From: Geotalea daltonii FRC-32
GTDB lineage: Bacteria; Desulfobacterota; Desulfuromonadia; Geobacterales; Geobacteraceae
Assembly: GCF_000022265.1 (NCBI RefSeq)
Contig: NC_011979.1
Location: 1,110,001-1,142,000 of the forward strand
DNA length: 32,000 nucleotides
Direction of reading: 5' to 3'
The position numbers and the translations under genes are program-made. This document shows positions 1 to 9,439 of the stretch, piece by piece (position 1 is the first letter of the stretch; every line of letters begins with the position of its first letter). The notes beneath the pieces are model-generated. The model had not been told where the DNA came from and ran no database searches. It worked only from the letters and a program-made list of their open reading frames with translations.

Positions 1-1
1 A

Positions 2-586
2 AACGAGATACCCTATGATGCCGATGTTTCCAGGACCTGGGTGGAGCGCTACATTGTTACCAAAGACGGCCGTACCCACATCGACTCGCCAAAGGCCGCC
101 CGCGACGGTTTTGTCGACAAAAAGGTCGATCTGGGAGAAGGGCATATGGAGGAGATAAAGGACGAGGACATCGAAAAGGCCTTTTTCGTCCCCAAGCTCT
201 GCAATCAGTGCGACAATCCACCATGCGTTCAGGTCTGCCCCGTGGGTGCCACTTACCAGACGGCCGACGGGGTTGTACTGGTCGATCGTTCCTGGTGCAT
301 CGGATGCGGCTACTGTATAATGGGCTGCCCTTACGGGGTCCGTTTTTTCCACCCGGTCTACCGGGTTGCCGAAAAATGTAACTTCTGCTACCACCGCATC
401 AGCCAAGGGATGAAAACCGCCTGTGTCGATGCCTGCCCCTTTGATGCAAGGCGGGTCGGCAACCTGAGGGACCCGTCCGATCCGGTTACCAAGGTCATAA
501 TGACCGAGCGTGTCGCCGTGCTCAAGGAAGAATATGGGACCAAACCCCAGGTGTTTTACCTGGGGCTTTCCAGGGAGGTGAGGTAG
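2..586 (+). CDS. 4Fe-4S ferredoxin-type iron-sulfur subunit of a membrane oxidoreductase (NrfC/PsrB/DmsB-like); 5' end cut by the window edge
   Basis: The frame stays open back to base 2 (NEIPYDADVSRTW precedes the first Met of the track ORF). Cys clusters CNQCDNPPCVQVCP, CIGCGYCIMGCP and CNFCYHR...CVDACP are typical of multi-cluster ferredoxin subunits. A 2-nt gap separates it from an NrfD-like membrane subunit. Confidence 0.85.
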   Translation, partial: NEIPYDADVSRTWVERYIVTKDGRTHIDSPKAARDGFVDKKVDLGEGHMEEIKDEDIEKAFFVPKLCNQCDNPPCVQVCPVGATYQTADGVVLVDRSWCIGCGYCIMGCPYGVRFFHPVYRVAEKCNFCYHRISQGMKTACVDACPFDARRVGNLRDPSDPVTKVIMTERVAVLKEEYGTKPQVFYLGLSREVR

Positions 587-588
587 CC

Positions 589-1842
589 ATGGTGCATGGT
601 GAAGCTTGGACACTGAAAGAATTCTTCGTTTATCCCAATGAATACATTTACTGGACCATCCAGATAGTCATGTATCCCTTCATGACCGGACTGGTCGCCG
701 GAGCCTTCGTCCTCTCATCCCTTTATCACGTTTTTGGCGTGAAGCAATTGAAGGATATTGCCCGTTTTTCCCTGGTTTTTTCCTTTGCCCTGCTACCGGT
801 TGCCATGATGCCGCTCATGCTGCACCTGCAGCAGCCTCAGCGGGGCTTCTCGGTTATGCTGACCCCCCATTTCACCTCAGCCATTGCTGCTTTCGGCATT
901 GTTTTTTCCACCTATGGCATGATCGTCGCCTCCGAGCTTTGGTTTGTCTACCGCCGCCATTTTGTCACTACTGCCACTCAACTGGCTACCACCGACAATG
1001 GAAGTATTGGTGACCGGATCCGCAGGCTGCTCTTTTCCGCGTTGACTTTGGGTGCTCGCGATGTCAGCGAAGAAGCATTGGCAAGGGATGAGAAGGCAGT
1101 CAAGGTGCTGGCTGCCGTGGGAATCCCCGTTGCCTGCTTTCTCCACGGCTATGCCGGCTTCATTTTTGGCTCGGTGAAGGCCAACGCCCTGTGGATGACC
1201 CCGCTGATGCCGGTAATCTTCATCTGCTCTGCTGTGGTTTCCGGTATCGCCCTTTGTATTCTGACCTATATTGCCACCATGGAGATCAGGAAACTCATTG
1301 TCGCCTGGCAGAAAAAGCACGAGCTGGCATTGTTGACCCATGAAGAGTTGAAGAGTGCCGAGATACACGTAGTTACCATGACTTCGCGCTACCTGATCAT
1401 GTTCCTGGTTCTTGCCATCACCCTGGAACTGCTGGACTTGATTTTCCGTGGATATACGGCCGTCAAGTCGTGGGATATCCTGCGCAGCGTCATCTATGGC
1501 CGGGACTTCGTCAATATATTCATTCTTCAGTATGGCCTGGGGAACCTGGTGCCGTTCATTCTCTTTCTCATTCCCGGCCTGACCATCCGCCGGGCGGCTG
1601 CAGGCTCTCTGCTGGTGCTGCTGGGGGTATTCATGATGCGCTGGAATGTGGTCATCGGCGGACAGGCTTTTTCCTCGTCCTTTGCCGGGTTCATGCACTA
1701 TCAGCTGCCCATCTGGCCCCATGATATGGAGACATTCAAGGAGGGGTTGTTCGGGGCGCTGATGGTGGCGATTACGCCTTTCGCCCTCTTCTGGCTGGTG
1801 ACAAGGGTTCTGCCGGTATTCAACCGGGATGATAGCCACTGA
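589..1842 (+). CDS. NrfD/PsrC-like polytopic membrane (quinol-interacting) subunit
   Basis: 417-aa ORF with many hydrophobic helices. GAGGTGAGG lies upstream of the ATG. It is translationally adjacent to the Fe-S subunit, the usual NrfC-NrfD/PsrB-PsrC order. Confidence 0.8.
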   Translation: MVHGEAWTLKEFFVYPNEYIYWTIQIVMYPFMTGLVAGAFVLSSLYHVFGVKQLKDIARFSLVFSFALLPVAMMPLMLHLQQPQRGFSVMLTPHFTSAIAAFGIVFSTYGMIVASELWFVYRRHFVTTATQLATTDNGSIGDRIRRLLFSALTLGARDVSEEALARDEKAVKVLAAVGIPVACFLHGYAGFIFGSVKANALWMTPLMPVIFICSAVVSGIALCILTYIATMEIRKLIVAWQKKHELALLTHEELKSAEIHVVTMTSRYLIMFLVLAITLELLDLIFRGYTAVKSWDILRSVIYGRDFVNIFILQYGLGNLVPFILFLIPGLTIRRAAAGSLLVLLGVFMMRWNVVIGGQAFSSSFAGFMHYQLPIWPHDMETFKEGLFGALMVAITPFALFWLVTRVLPVFNRDDSH

Positions 1843-1903
1843 TGCTCTAATTTTGAGCGCTACGCAATCTCTTCAGTAAAGCCGTGCAGGGATGCCGGGT
1901 GTC

Positions 1904-1932
1904 TTGACATTAAGACCACCTTCTGCTAGCCT
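1904..1932 (+). promoter_or_regulatory. sigma70-like promoter candidate upstream of the aminotransferase gene
   Basis: TTGACA (1904-1909), 17-nt spacer, TAGCCT (1927-1932), about 65 nt upstream of the ATG at 1997. Sequence match only. Confidence 0.3.
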
Positions 1933-1996
1933 CCCGGTGGTGTCTGCCCGCTTGCCGGTTGCGGCAGGGCGAACCATCCACTGACAAGGAGCACTT

Positions 1997-3061
1997 ATGG
2001 CGAAAAAGCTTTTTATTCCCGGCCCGATTGAGGTCGCACCGGAGATACTCCAGGCGATGGCCTCTCCCATGATTGGGCATCGAATGCCGGAATACGCAAC
2101 CCTGCACAAAGGGGTGACCGATAAACTGAAGGAGATGCTTTTTACCCGGGGAAAAGTATTCCTTGCCACATCCAGTGCCTTCGGTGTCATGGAGGGGGCT
2201 GTACGCAATCTTGTCGGCAAGCGCTGCGCCAACTTTTGCAACGGCGCTTTTTCCGACAAATGGCATGACGTGACCAGACGGTGCGGCAAAGAGGCCGATG
2301 CCATCAAGGTCGAGTGGGGGGAGCCCATCACCCCGGAACTGGTGGATGCCACCCTGTCCACCGGAAAGTATGACTCCATCACCCTCATTCACAACGAAAC
2401 ATCTACCGGCGTCATGTCGCCGCTGCCGGAAATAGCCGCAGTCTTGCGCAAGTATCCGGAAGTGGTGTCCATTATCGATACCGTTTCTTCCATGAGTGCG
2501 CTTAAAATCCCCTTGGACGAGCTTGGCATCGACTGCTGCATCTTCGGCGTGCAGAAGGCCCTTGCATTGCCTCCCGGGCTGGCCGTTTTTACCGCCAGTG
2601 CCAAGGCACTGGAACGCAGCAAGACCATGGAAGGGCGAGGCTATTACTTCGACTTCCAGGAATTTGCCTCCCTGGACGAAAAGGATAATACACCATCGAC
2701 ACCCAGTATCTCACTGATTTATGCCCTTGACTGCCAGCTCGTCCGGATCTTTGCCGAGGGGCTGGAGGCTCGCTGGCAGAGACATCTGGATTTGGCTGAG
2801 TACGTGCGGGGATGGGTCCGGGAACGTGGCTTCGACTTTCTGGCTGCTGAGCCTTTTCGCTCCATTACCCTTACCTGTGCCGTCAACAGCAGGAATGTGG
2901 ACTTGGCAGAGCTGAAGAAAAAGCTGGGTGAGCGCGGTTATGCCTTCGATAACGGTTATGGCAAGCTTAAGGGGAAAACTTTCCGTATTGCCCACATGGG
3001 GGACATGCAGCTGGCCGATCTGCAGGATTTCACGGCGCAGATCGACGATATTCTCAGTTGA
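1997..3061 (+). CDS. class V (AGXT/SerC-like) pyridoxal-phosphate aminotransferase
   Basis: 354 aa with an AAGGAG RBS. The N-terminal LFIPGPIEV motif and the FGVQKALALPPGL motif (PLP-lysine context) are typical of serine-pyruvate/alanine-glyoxylate-type aminotransferases. Confidence 0.85.
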   Translation: MAKKLFIPGPIEVAPEILQAMASPMIGHRMPEYATLHKGVTDKLKEMLFTRGKVFLATSSAFGVMEGAVRNLVGKRCANFCNGAFSDKWHDVTRRCGKEADAIKVEWGEPITPELVDATLSTGKYDSITLIHNETSTGVMSPLPEIAAVLRKYPEVVSIIDTVSSMSALKIPLDELGIDCCIFGVQKALALPPGLAVFTASAKALERSKTMEGRGYYFDFQEFASLDEKDNTPSTPSISLIYALDCQLVRIFAEGLEARWQRHLDLAEYVRGWVRERGFDFLAAEPFRSITLTCAVNSRNVDLAELKKKLGERGYAFDNGYGKLKGKTFRIAHMGDMQLADLQDFTAQIDDILS

Positions 3062-3198
3062 TTTAACCGAATGTATTAGCCAGATTACCGGGCCTGGATC
3101 TTCACATTATTTATCACTGGACTTGCTGCTCGAATTTCTGGCAGCATCCAATGCTCGACACGCTTTGCCAGACTTACAAATATAAGAGGGAGGATCAA

Positions 3199-3375
3199 AT
3201 GAAATGTCCTAATTGTGGAGACAGAAAATCAGTGGAGATTGATATCCACTCTTCCGGTTTTTCCTCGGAGCACTCTCCGGTAAAGGAATGCGGCGCATGC
3301 GGCCTTGTCTGGAGGGTGAAAATGGTCGGAGACAAGACAGAGATAGACATCATCAAGGCTGCAGATAAAAAGTAA
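3199..3375 (+). CDS. small zinc-ribbon protein (58 aa), function unknown
   Basis: ATG at 3199 is preceded by AGAGGGAGGA; the track start at 3151 has no RBS. CPNCG...CGACG forms two CxxC knuckles. A hairpin plus T-run follows. Confidence 0.5.
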   Translation: MKCPNCGDRKSVEIDIHSSGFSSEHSPVKECGACGLVWRVKMVGDKTEIDIIKAADKK

Positions 3376-3393
3376 GCCGGCTGCGGTCTCTAC

Positions 3394-3414
3394 CAGGCTG
3401 AGAGCCTGCTTTTT
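3394..3414 (+). terminator. rho-independent terminator candidate between convergent genes
   Basis: CAGGCT (3394-3399), GAG loop, AGCCTG (3403-3408), then CTTTTT. It sits between the zinc-ribbon gene and the convergent rubredoxin gene. Confidence 0.5.
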
Positions 3415-3572
3415 CAGGCCGGCTCAAAAACGTCCTTTCCTGCTCCGCAAATGGGGCAAACCCAGTTCTCCGGCAGCCCGGAGAAAGGGGTGCCGGGATC
3501 AATCCCGTTTTCAAGGTCTCCAGCAGCGGGGTCATAGACATAACCGCATATGGTACAGACATACCTTTCCAT
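3414..3572 (-). CDS. rubredoxin
   Basis: 52 aa [15 protein letters not shown]...[14 protein letters not shown] carries both rubredoxin CxxCG knuckles. AAGGAGAG RBS lies upstream of the internal Met, so the longer track ORF start at 3695 is rejected. Confidence 0.9.
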   Translation of the reverse strand: MERYVCTICGYVYDPAAGDLENGIDPGTPFSGLPENWVCPICGAGKDVFEPA

Positions 3573-4132
3573 TTCAGCTCTCCTTTGAAGCAATAATCCT
3601 TCGACTAAAAAAATACGGTTGCAAAAGCCGGACTGCGACCTATAATCTTTGTGATTGTTAATTAGTCTGATTTGCTCTTTGGCGTCGATTACCAATCTCG
3701 CCTCAGGTTCAGGAGTCTAGCACAAGGTTCCTGGCTGTCAATAGTGACAATTAATTGCAATTTCAGCTTGATTTTACAAAATGTTGTGCTATTTTAGCAA
3801 AACTAAATAAGGGTTTCAGCTTTCTTCATTAGTCCCACCGGATGCCATCCCGTTCATTTTGAGCTGACCATTCAGAAAGGCATGGTTTTATGAAATTGAC
3901 TTGCCGTTCCTTTTCAGGAATTTCCCATTGCTCAGGTTGCCAAAGTTCAAAATCCATCATGCTCTGTGGATGTTTTAATCCCCACCACCCGTTTTCTCCT
4001 GTCAACGTTACGATCCAGATGCAGACTTAACAATAAATCGAGACGGTTCAATTCCAACTGGGCAATTGAATCAATAAAAGGAATTATGCCCGAGAAGAAA
4101 CATTTTTAAGCTTAAAATATTTTTATTAAATA

Positions 4133-4162
4133 TTGACAGTTGCTTTGATTGTCGGGTAAGTA
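4133..4162 (+). promoter_or_regulatory. sigma70-like promoter candidate for the PEP carboxykinase gene
   Basis: TTGACA (4133-4138), 18-nt spacer, TAAGTA (4157-4162), about 30 nt before the RBS GAGGAGGAG. The -10 element is weak. Confidence 0.3.
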
Positions 4163-4189
4163 ACTTAATGAAATGAGGAGGAGATTGTA

Positions 4190-6037
4190 ATGAGTTATGA
4201 AGTAAAAAACGAGCAATTGCGAAAATGGGTAGAAGAAGTTGCAGCACTGTGCCAACCTGCAAGCATATACTGGTGTGACGGCTCACAGGAAGAGTATGAC
4301 CGTCTTTGCACCCAGTTGGTTGAAAGCGGCACTTTCAGGAAACTGAATCAGGAAAAGCGCCCTAACAGCTATCTGGCCTGGTCTGATCCAAGTGACGTAG
4401 CCAGGGTGGAGGACCGGACCTTTATCTGCAGCCTGACCAAGCAGGATGCAGGTCCTACTAACAATTGGGTTCAGCCGAAAGAGATGAAGAAGACCCTGAC
4501 CGGTCTCTTCAAGGGCTGCATGCGTGGCCGCACCATGTATGTCATTCCGTTCAGCATGGGACCTCTCGGTTCGCCGATTGCCAAGATCGGTGTCGAGATC
4601 TCCGACTCCCCGTACGTTGCGGTCAATATGAAGATCATGACCCGCATGGGCAAGAAAGTGGTTGACGTCCTGGGTGACGGTGAGTTCGTCCCCTGCCTGC
4701 ACTCTGTGGGGGCACCGCTTGAGCCGGGGCAGAAGGACGTGCCGTGGCCATGTAACAAGGAAAAGTACATCGTCCATTTTCCGGAAGAGCGCGCCATCTG
4801 GTCTTTCGGCTCTGGATACGGCGGCAATGCATTACTCGGGAAGAAATGCCTGGCATTGCGCATCGCTTCCAAGCAGGGTAAGGACGAAGGGTGGCTGGCC
4901 GAGCATATGCTGATCCTCGGCGTCGAGTCCCCGACCGGCGAGAAGACCTATGTCGGCGGTGCCTTCCCGAGCGCCTGCGGCAAGACCAACTTCGCCATGT
5001 TGATTCCGCCAAAACCTATACAGGACAAAGGCTGGAAGGTAACCACCCTTGGTGACGACATTGCCTGGATCAAGCCCGGCCCCGATGGCCAAGTCTATGC
5101 AATTAACCCGGAATACGGTTACTTCGGCGTTGCCCCCGGGACAAATACCAAGACCAATCCCAACGCCATGGCCTCCTGTTCAAAAAACACCATTTTCACC
5201 AACGTTGCTCTGACCCCTGATGGGGATGTGTGGTGGGAAGGAATGTCCGACGAGCTCCCGGCAAAATTGACGGACTGGCAGGGGCAGGAGTGGACGCCCG
5301 GTTGCGGCCGTAACGCAGCCCATCCCAACTCCCGCTTTACCGCACCTGCCTCCCAGTGTCCTTCCATTGACCCTGATTGGGAAAACCCCAAAGGGGTGCC
5401 CATGAGCGCCTTCATCTTCGGTGGCCGCCGCAAGGATACCGTGCCGCTGGTCTACCAGGCCTTCAACTGGAACTTCGGCGTCTACCTTGCCGCGACCCTC
5501 GGTTCGGAGACAACCGCCGCTGCCGTCGGCGCCACCGGCAACGTACGCCGCGACCCCTTCGCCATGCTTCCCTTCTGCGGTTACCACATGGCTGACTATT
5601 TCGGCCATTGGCTGCAGTTCGGCCGTTCCGTACCCAAGCCGCCGCGCATCTTCAGCGTCAACTGGTTCCGTAAGGACGCCAATGGCAAATTCATCTGGCC
5701 GGGCTACGGTGACAATATGCGCGTTCTCAAGTGGATCGTCGAGCGTGTCCAGGGCAAAGCCGCTGCTGTCGAATCACCACTGGGCTGGATGCCTCGCTAC
5801 GAGGACATGGACTGGGAAGGTCTCGACATGACACGGGAAAAGTTCAACGAACTTACCTCCGTCGACCGCGATGTTTGGCAGAACGAGTTGATCGCCCACG
5901 ATGAACTCTTCGTCAAGATTTATGACCGTCTCCCCAAGGAGTTCCTGCACATGCGCGAGCTGATAACCTCCAGCCTCTGGCGTTCGCCGGAGCACTGGGA
6001 GCAGATCAATCCTTTCGTTGAAGGTTACAATGACTGA
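4190..6037 (+). CDS. pckG: phosphoenolpyruvate carboxykinase (GTP)
   Basis: 615 aa with a strong RBS. Contains the GTP-PEPCK kinase-1a P-loop FPSACGKTN plus WMRF-type family blocks ([28 protein letters not shown]). Confidence 0.95.
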   Translation: MSYEVKNEQLRKWVEEVAALCQPASIYWCDGSQEEYDRLCTQLVESGTFRKLNQEKRPNSYLAWSDPSDVARVEDRTFICSLTKQDAGPTNNWVQPKEMKKTLTGLFKGCMRGRTMYVIPFSMGPLGSPIAKIGVEISDSPYVAVNMKIMTRMGKKVVDVLGDGEFVPCLHSVGAPLEPGQKDVPWPCNKEKYIVHFPEERAIWSFGSGYGGNALLGKKCLALRIASKQGKDEGWLAEHMLILGVESPTGEKTYVGGAFPSACGKTNFAMLIPPKPIQDKGWKVTTLGDDIAWIKPGPDGQVYAINPEYGYFGVAPGTNTKTNPNAMASCSKNTIFTNVALTPDGDVWWEGMSDELPAKLTDWQGQEWTPGCGRNAAHPNSRFTAPASQCPSIDPDWENPKGVPMSAFIFGGRRKDTVPLVYQAFNWNFGVYLAATLGSETTAAAVGATGNVRRDPFAMLPFCGYHMADYFGHWLQFGRSVPKPPRIFSVNWFRKDANGKFIWPGYGDNMRVLKWIVERVQGKAAAVESPLGWMPRYEDMDWEGLDMTREKFNELTSVDRDVWQNELIAHDELFVKIYDRLPKEFLHMRELITSSLWRSPEHWEQINPFVEGYND

Positions 6038-6070
6038 TACCCCGCTATAAAAAAGCGGATATTACGACAA

Positions 6071-6103
6071 GAGGCCCCGTTTTTCGCGGGGCCTCTCTTT
6101 TTG
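6071..6103. terminator. bidirectional rho-independent terminator between convergent pckG and the GGDEF-EAL gene
   Basis: GAGGCCCCG (6071-6079) pairs with CGGGGCCTC (6087-6095). T-run follows on the + strand and an A-run/T-run context sits on the other side. Confidence 0.6.
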
Positions 6104-6131
6104 TACGGCTCAAGAACACCTGCCGGCATGA

Positions 6132-8261
6132 TCAGGTTGAATGCAGGTGGCCCATGGCAAGATACGGCCATTCGGTACTTTTGAGCAGGTGGGTAACCTC
6201 TTCTGCAGAAACCGGCTTGCTGAAGAGGTAGCCTTGCATCTCCTGGCAATCCAGGTCACTCAGCATCTTCAACTGCTCTACAGTCTCTACTCCTTCCGCA
6301 ATGACATTAAGTCTCAGACTCCTGGCCATGTTTATGACTGCCGTCGCTATGGCTGCATCATCCTTATTGGTGTCGATGTCGCTGACAAAGGATTGATCTA
6401 TCTTCAGTGTCTGGATCGGCAGCTTCTTGATGTATGACAGGGAAGAATAGCCGGTGCCGAAATCATCTATCGATATGTGTATGCCCAAGTTATTGAGTCT
6501 GTTTAAAGTATCGATGGTCTTATCCACATTTTGCAGCATTACGTTTTCGGTCACTTCCATTTCCAGCCAACGGGGATCCATGTCCTCCTCGGCCAGGACC
6601 TGCTCGACCATGTTTACCATCATCGGTTGCAGGAACTGTTTTGGCGAGAAATTTACGGCCACACGCATGGGGGGGTAGTTCATTTCCTGCCAACTTTTGT
6701 TCTGCCGGCAGGCAGCCCGAAGCACCCATTGTCCCAGGGGGACTATCAGGCCTATATCTTCAGCCAGCGGGATAAACTGATTGGGCGAGACAAGGCCGAT
6801 TTCCGGGTGCTGCCAGCGTACCAGGGCCTCGAAGCAGACAATCCGGCCTGAGGTGATGTTTATCTTGGGCTGATAGTAGAGGAGAAACTCGCCGTTCTGC
6901 AGTGCCCGGCGCAGGTCGTTCTCCATGGTGAGTCGTTGCAGTGCCTGTTCGTCCATGGAGGAAGTATAAAGATGGTAGCGGTTGCGGCCCTGCTCTTTTG
7001 CCCGGTACATGGCCATATCGGCATTCTTGATCAGTGTTTCGGCATCTTTACCGTCGTCGGGATAAATACTGATACCGATGCAGGTGCTGACAAACAGCTC
7101 GATGTCGGGAAGTGTAAACAGCCGGTTGAATGACACAATTATCTTCTGGGCAACCCTCACCGCTTCCTGGACCGAATCCAGGTCTGGGAGGAGGATGATA
7201 AACTCATCGCCACCCCGCCTGGCGACAGTATCGATGTCGCGGCGGCAGCATTCCCTGAGGCGCAGGGCGGCTGCCTTCAGGAGCTCATCACCGACGCCAT
7301 GGCCAAGGGTATCGTTGATTACCTTGAACCTGTCCAGGTCAAGAAAAAGAATGGCAAGAAGCCTGCCATGGCGCTGGGCCTGGGCCAGGGCAAGGTGCAT
7401 CAACTCGTTGAATAATTGGCGGTTTGGCAGGCCGGTAAGCGCGTCATAATAGGCCATCTGCTTGATCGTATCTTCTGCCTGCTTGCGCTCGGTGATGTCT
7501 TCCTGAAAGGCTATGAAATGGGTGATGTGATTATCTCCGTCGATAATGGGGGAAATGGAGGTCAAAACCCAGTAGTATGTACCGTCCTTTTTCCGGTTGT
7601 GGAACTCTCCCCACCACTCTCCACCGCTGCTTATGATTTCCCATAGCCTCCGATAGTCATCGTCCGGGCTTTGGCCTGATTTCAGCATGCTCGGCTTATT
7701 GCCTGCAGCTTCCTGCAGGCTGTATCCAGTGAGCTTTGTAAACCTTGGATTGACATACTCGATGTTTCCGGAAGTGTCGGTTATCATGATGGAGACAGGA
7801 CTTTGTTCAACGGCTCGGGATAAGCGGCGAATGAAGACTTCCTGTTCACGCAGCTGCTGCTCAAGCCTGCTGCATTCCAGGCATTCTTTAATGACCGCCT
7901 GCAGTTTTTCCTGATTGATCGGTTTAAGCACGTAATGGCTGATGCCGATATCGATTGCTTCAAGGAGGAGTCTCGCATCGGTCTGGCCAGAAAGGATAAT
8001 GATTTTGGCCTCCCTGCTCAGTTGCTTTATCTCCTTTGCCATGGTTATGCCGTCCATCACCGGCATTTTCATGTCGGTAAGAACGATCTCGGGTCTATGC
8101 TTTTTATACAGTTCGAGCCCGTTCGCACCGTTGGCTGCCGTGATCAATTTGATTCCAGGAAATCTGGCATCTATGACCAATGAAATCAGATCCCTGGTGC
8201 TCCTGTCATCTTCCACAAACAGTAGGGTCGGGGCAAATAATTTCGCTGTGGTAAATTGCAT
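6132..8261 (-). CDS. response-regulator receiver - PAS - GGDEF - EAL protein (c-di-GMP turnover)
   Basis: 709 aa. REC motif LLFVEDD...LTDMKMP and PAS motif IMITDTSGNIEYVNPRF are present. The GGDEF site is intact with RDID five residues upstream (I-site-like). EAL motifs are intact (EALVRW, DDFGTGYSSL, EGVET, QGYLFSKP). Confidence 0.9.
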   Translation of the reverse strand: MQFTTAKLFAPTLLFVEDDRSTRDLISLVIDARFPGIKLITAANGANGLELYKKHRPEIVLTDMKMPVMDGITMAKEIKQLSREAKIIILSGQTDARLLLEAIDIGISHYVLKPINQEKLQAVIKECLECSRLEQQLREQEVFIRRLSRAVEQSPVSIMITDTSGNIEYVNPRFTKLTGYSLQEAAGNKPSMLKSGQSPDDDYRRLWEIISSGGEWWGEFHNRKKDGTYYWVLTSISPIIDGDNHITHFIAFQEDITERKQAEDTIKQMAYYDALTGLPNRQLFNELMHLALAQAQRHGRLLAILFLDLDRFKVINDTLGHGVGDELLKAAALRLRECCRRDIDTVARRGGDEFIILLPDLDSVQEAVRVAQKIIVSFNRLFTLPDIELFVSTCIGISIYPDDGKDAETLIKNADMAMYRAKEQGRNRYHLYTSSMDEQALQRLTMENDLRRALQNGEFLLYYQPKINITSGRIVCFEALVRWQHPEIGLVSPNQFIPLAEDIGLIVPLGQWVLRAACRQNKSWQEMNYPPMRVAVNFSPKQFLQPMMVNMVEQVLAEEDMDPRWLEMEVTENVMLQNVDKTIDTLNRLNNLGIHISIDDFGTGYSSLSYIKKLPIQTLKIDQSFVSDIDTNKDDAAIATAVINMARSLRLNVIAEGVETVEQLKMLSDLDCQEMQGYLFSKPVSAEEVTHLLKSTEWPYLAMGHLHST

Positions 8262-8442
8262 AAGTCCCCTGTGTAAAAATATTCATATTATAAGGTATTA
8301 ATCTAGATATTGAAACAGGTTTTGTATGTCAGTCAAATTGCAGAAGGTATTTAAGTGTGTGGATGCTTAGATGCAGCACGGCTTGCAACTGGCTTTAGCC
8401 GTGTTACCCTTAAGCATGCGGGAAGAATGTGAGAGGTGGCAA

Positions 8443-8634
8443 ATGAAAAAAACAGATCACAACGATGTTTGTCAGCGCACGGAGCATAAGGATGAGAGGG
8501 TCAGGCTGAGGAATGTAAAGACCGGGGAGGTGGGGCTGACCTTCAGCTGTACTCCCAGCGGTGAAACGATTCAGGTGGAACTGGAGAATGGCGTGCTGGA
8601 TAGCTGGCCGCCCGAAGAATGCGAAGAGCTGTAA
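8443..8634 (+). CDS. small hypothetical protein (63 aa)
   Basis: Internal ATG at 8443 is preceded by GAGAGGTGG. No recognisable motif. Supported only by ORF and RBS. Confidence 0.35.
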   Translation: MKKTDHNDVCQRTEHKDERVRLRNVKTGEVGLTFSCTPSGETIQVELENGVLDSWPPEECEEL

Positions 8635-8641
8635 ATGGGGG

Positions 8642-9232
8642 CTAATCCTTGGAGTAAAGGACTGCGACGGCTTTTGCCGGCTCCGTGCCGGTCGAAACAT
8701 AGCCGTGCGGTTCTGCAGAATCATAATAGATGCTGTCTCCGGGCAACAGGGTCATGACGTCCGTACCGTAATGAAATTCCAGCACCCCTTCCAGGAGATA
8801 AATGAATTCCACCCCTTCATGGCTGTAAAAGCGGCTGTCGTCCCAGTCGGCCTGTTCGAATTCGATCAGGAAAGGTTCGATCTGCTTGTGGCGGATGCCT
8901 GGTGCCAGGGGGCGGTAAAGATAACCCTGAACAGGGTCTGCACCTGAGCGGCGTCGGCTTGACGGTCCGTCTCCGCCTCTGGTCAGAACGAACTTCTGCC
9001 GGTCTCCTTCCTCTTCAAAGAAATAGTGAATGCCGACCTTCAACCCTTTGGCAATGCGGAGCAGCGTGGCCAGCGGGGGCGTAACCTGGTCATTTTCTAT
9101 CTGGGACAAAAGCGGCTTGGACAGACCTGTAACGTCAGCCAGCTCCTGCAGGGTGTGTCTCTGCTCCTGTCTCAGTTTTCTGATCTTTTCACCAAGCTTT
9201 AATTCGAGAACTTCGGATTTTATCTCTTTCAC
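8642..9232 (-). CDS. XRE-family HTH transcriptional regulator with C-terminal cupin domain
   Basis: N-terminal LRQEQRHTLQELADVTGLSKPLLSQIENDQ is an HTH_3-type motif. The C-terminal EGVEFIYLLEGVLEFHYG...LLPGDSIYYDSAEPHGY is a cupin-type beta-barrel motif. Confidence 0.85.
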   Translation of the reverse strand: MKEIKSEVLELKLGEKIRKLRQEQRHTLQELADVTGLSKPLLSQIENDQVTPPLATLLRIAKGLKVGIHYFFEEEGDRQKFVLTRGGDGPSSRRRSGADPVQGYLYRPLAPGIRHKQIEPFLIEFEQADWDDSRFYSHEGVEFIYLLEGVLEFHYGTDVMTLLPGDSIYYDSAEPHGYVSTGTEPAKAVAVLYSKD

Positions 9233-9368
9233 GGCTCCCCCTGCTATGGCTTTATAAGCAAAAGGCTGCTTTCCGTCAAGGAGTTATTGCATGGGGGTAT
9301 TCCAACAGCGCTGGCAGGTAAACCGCTAATCAGAAGGCATCTGCGCCTGTTCACCGGTCTTAAATCCG

Positions 9369-9397
9369 TTGACAGCGCCCGGAATTTTGGCTAATCT
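9369..9397 (+). promoter_or_regulatory. sigma70-like promoter candidate for htrA
   Basis: TTGACA (9369-9374), 17-nt spacer, TAATCT (9392-9397), about 45 nt upstream of the ATG at 9440. Confidence 0.35.
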
Positions 9398-9439
9398 TGC
9401 AGCGTTTGCCAGTCGAAAACCCTTAATGGAGTAGATGCA

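Noticed and set aside
877-1839. 320-aa ORF on the minus strand inside the NrfD-like gene
   Set aside because: It is antisense to a gene with clear membrane-subunit character. Its product is Gly/Arg/Pro/His/Gln-rich and low in complexity, typical of shadow ORFs in GC-rich coding DNA.
3890-4036. 48-codon Cys/His-rich ORF (MKLTCRSFSGISHCSGCQSSKSIMLCGCFNPHH...) in the rubredoxin-pckG spacer
   Set aside because: It has only a weak, distant purine-rich stretch as RBS, no recognisable family, and is short enough to arise by chance. It is mentioned only as context in a low-interest finding.
8373-8387. sigma54-like GCAGCACGGCTTGCA upstream of the small ORF
   Set aside because: The -24 GG is AG, and the spacing between the GG and GC elements is 2 nt too short for the TGGCACG-N4-TTGCW consensus.
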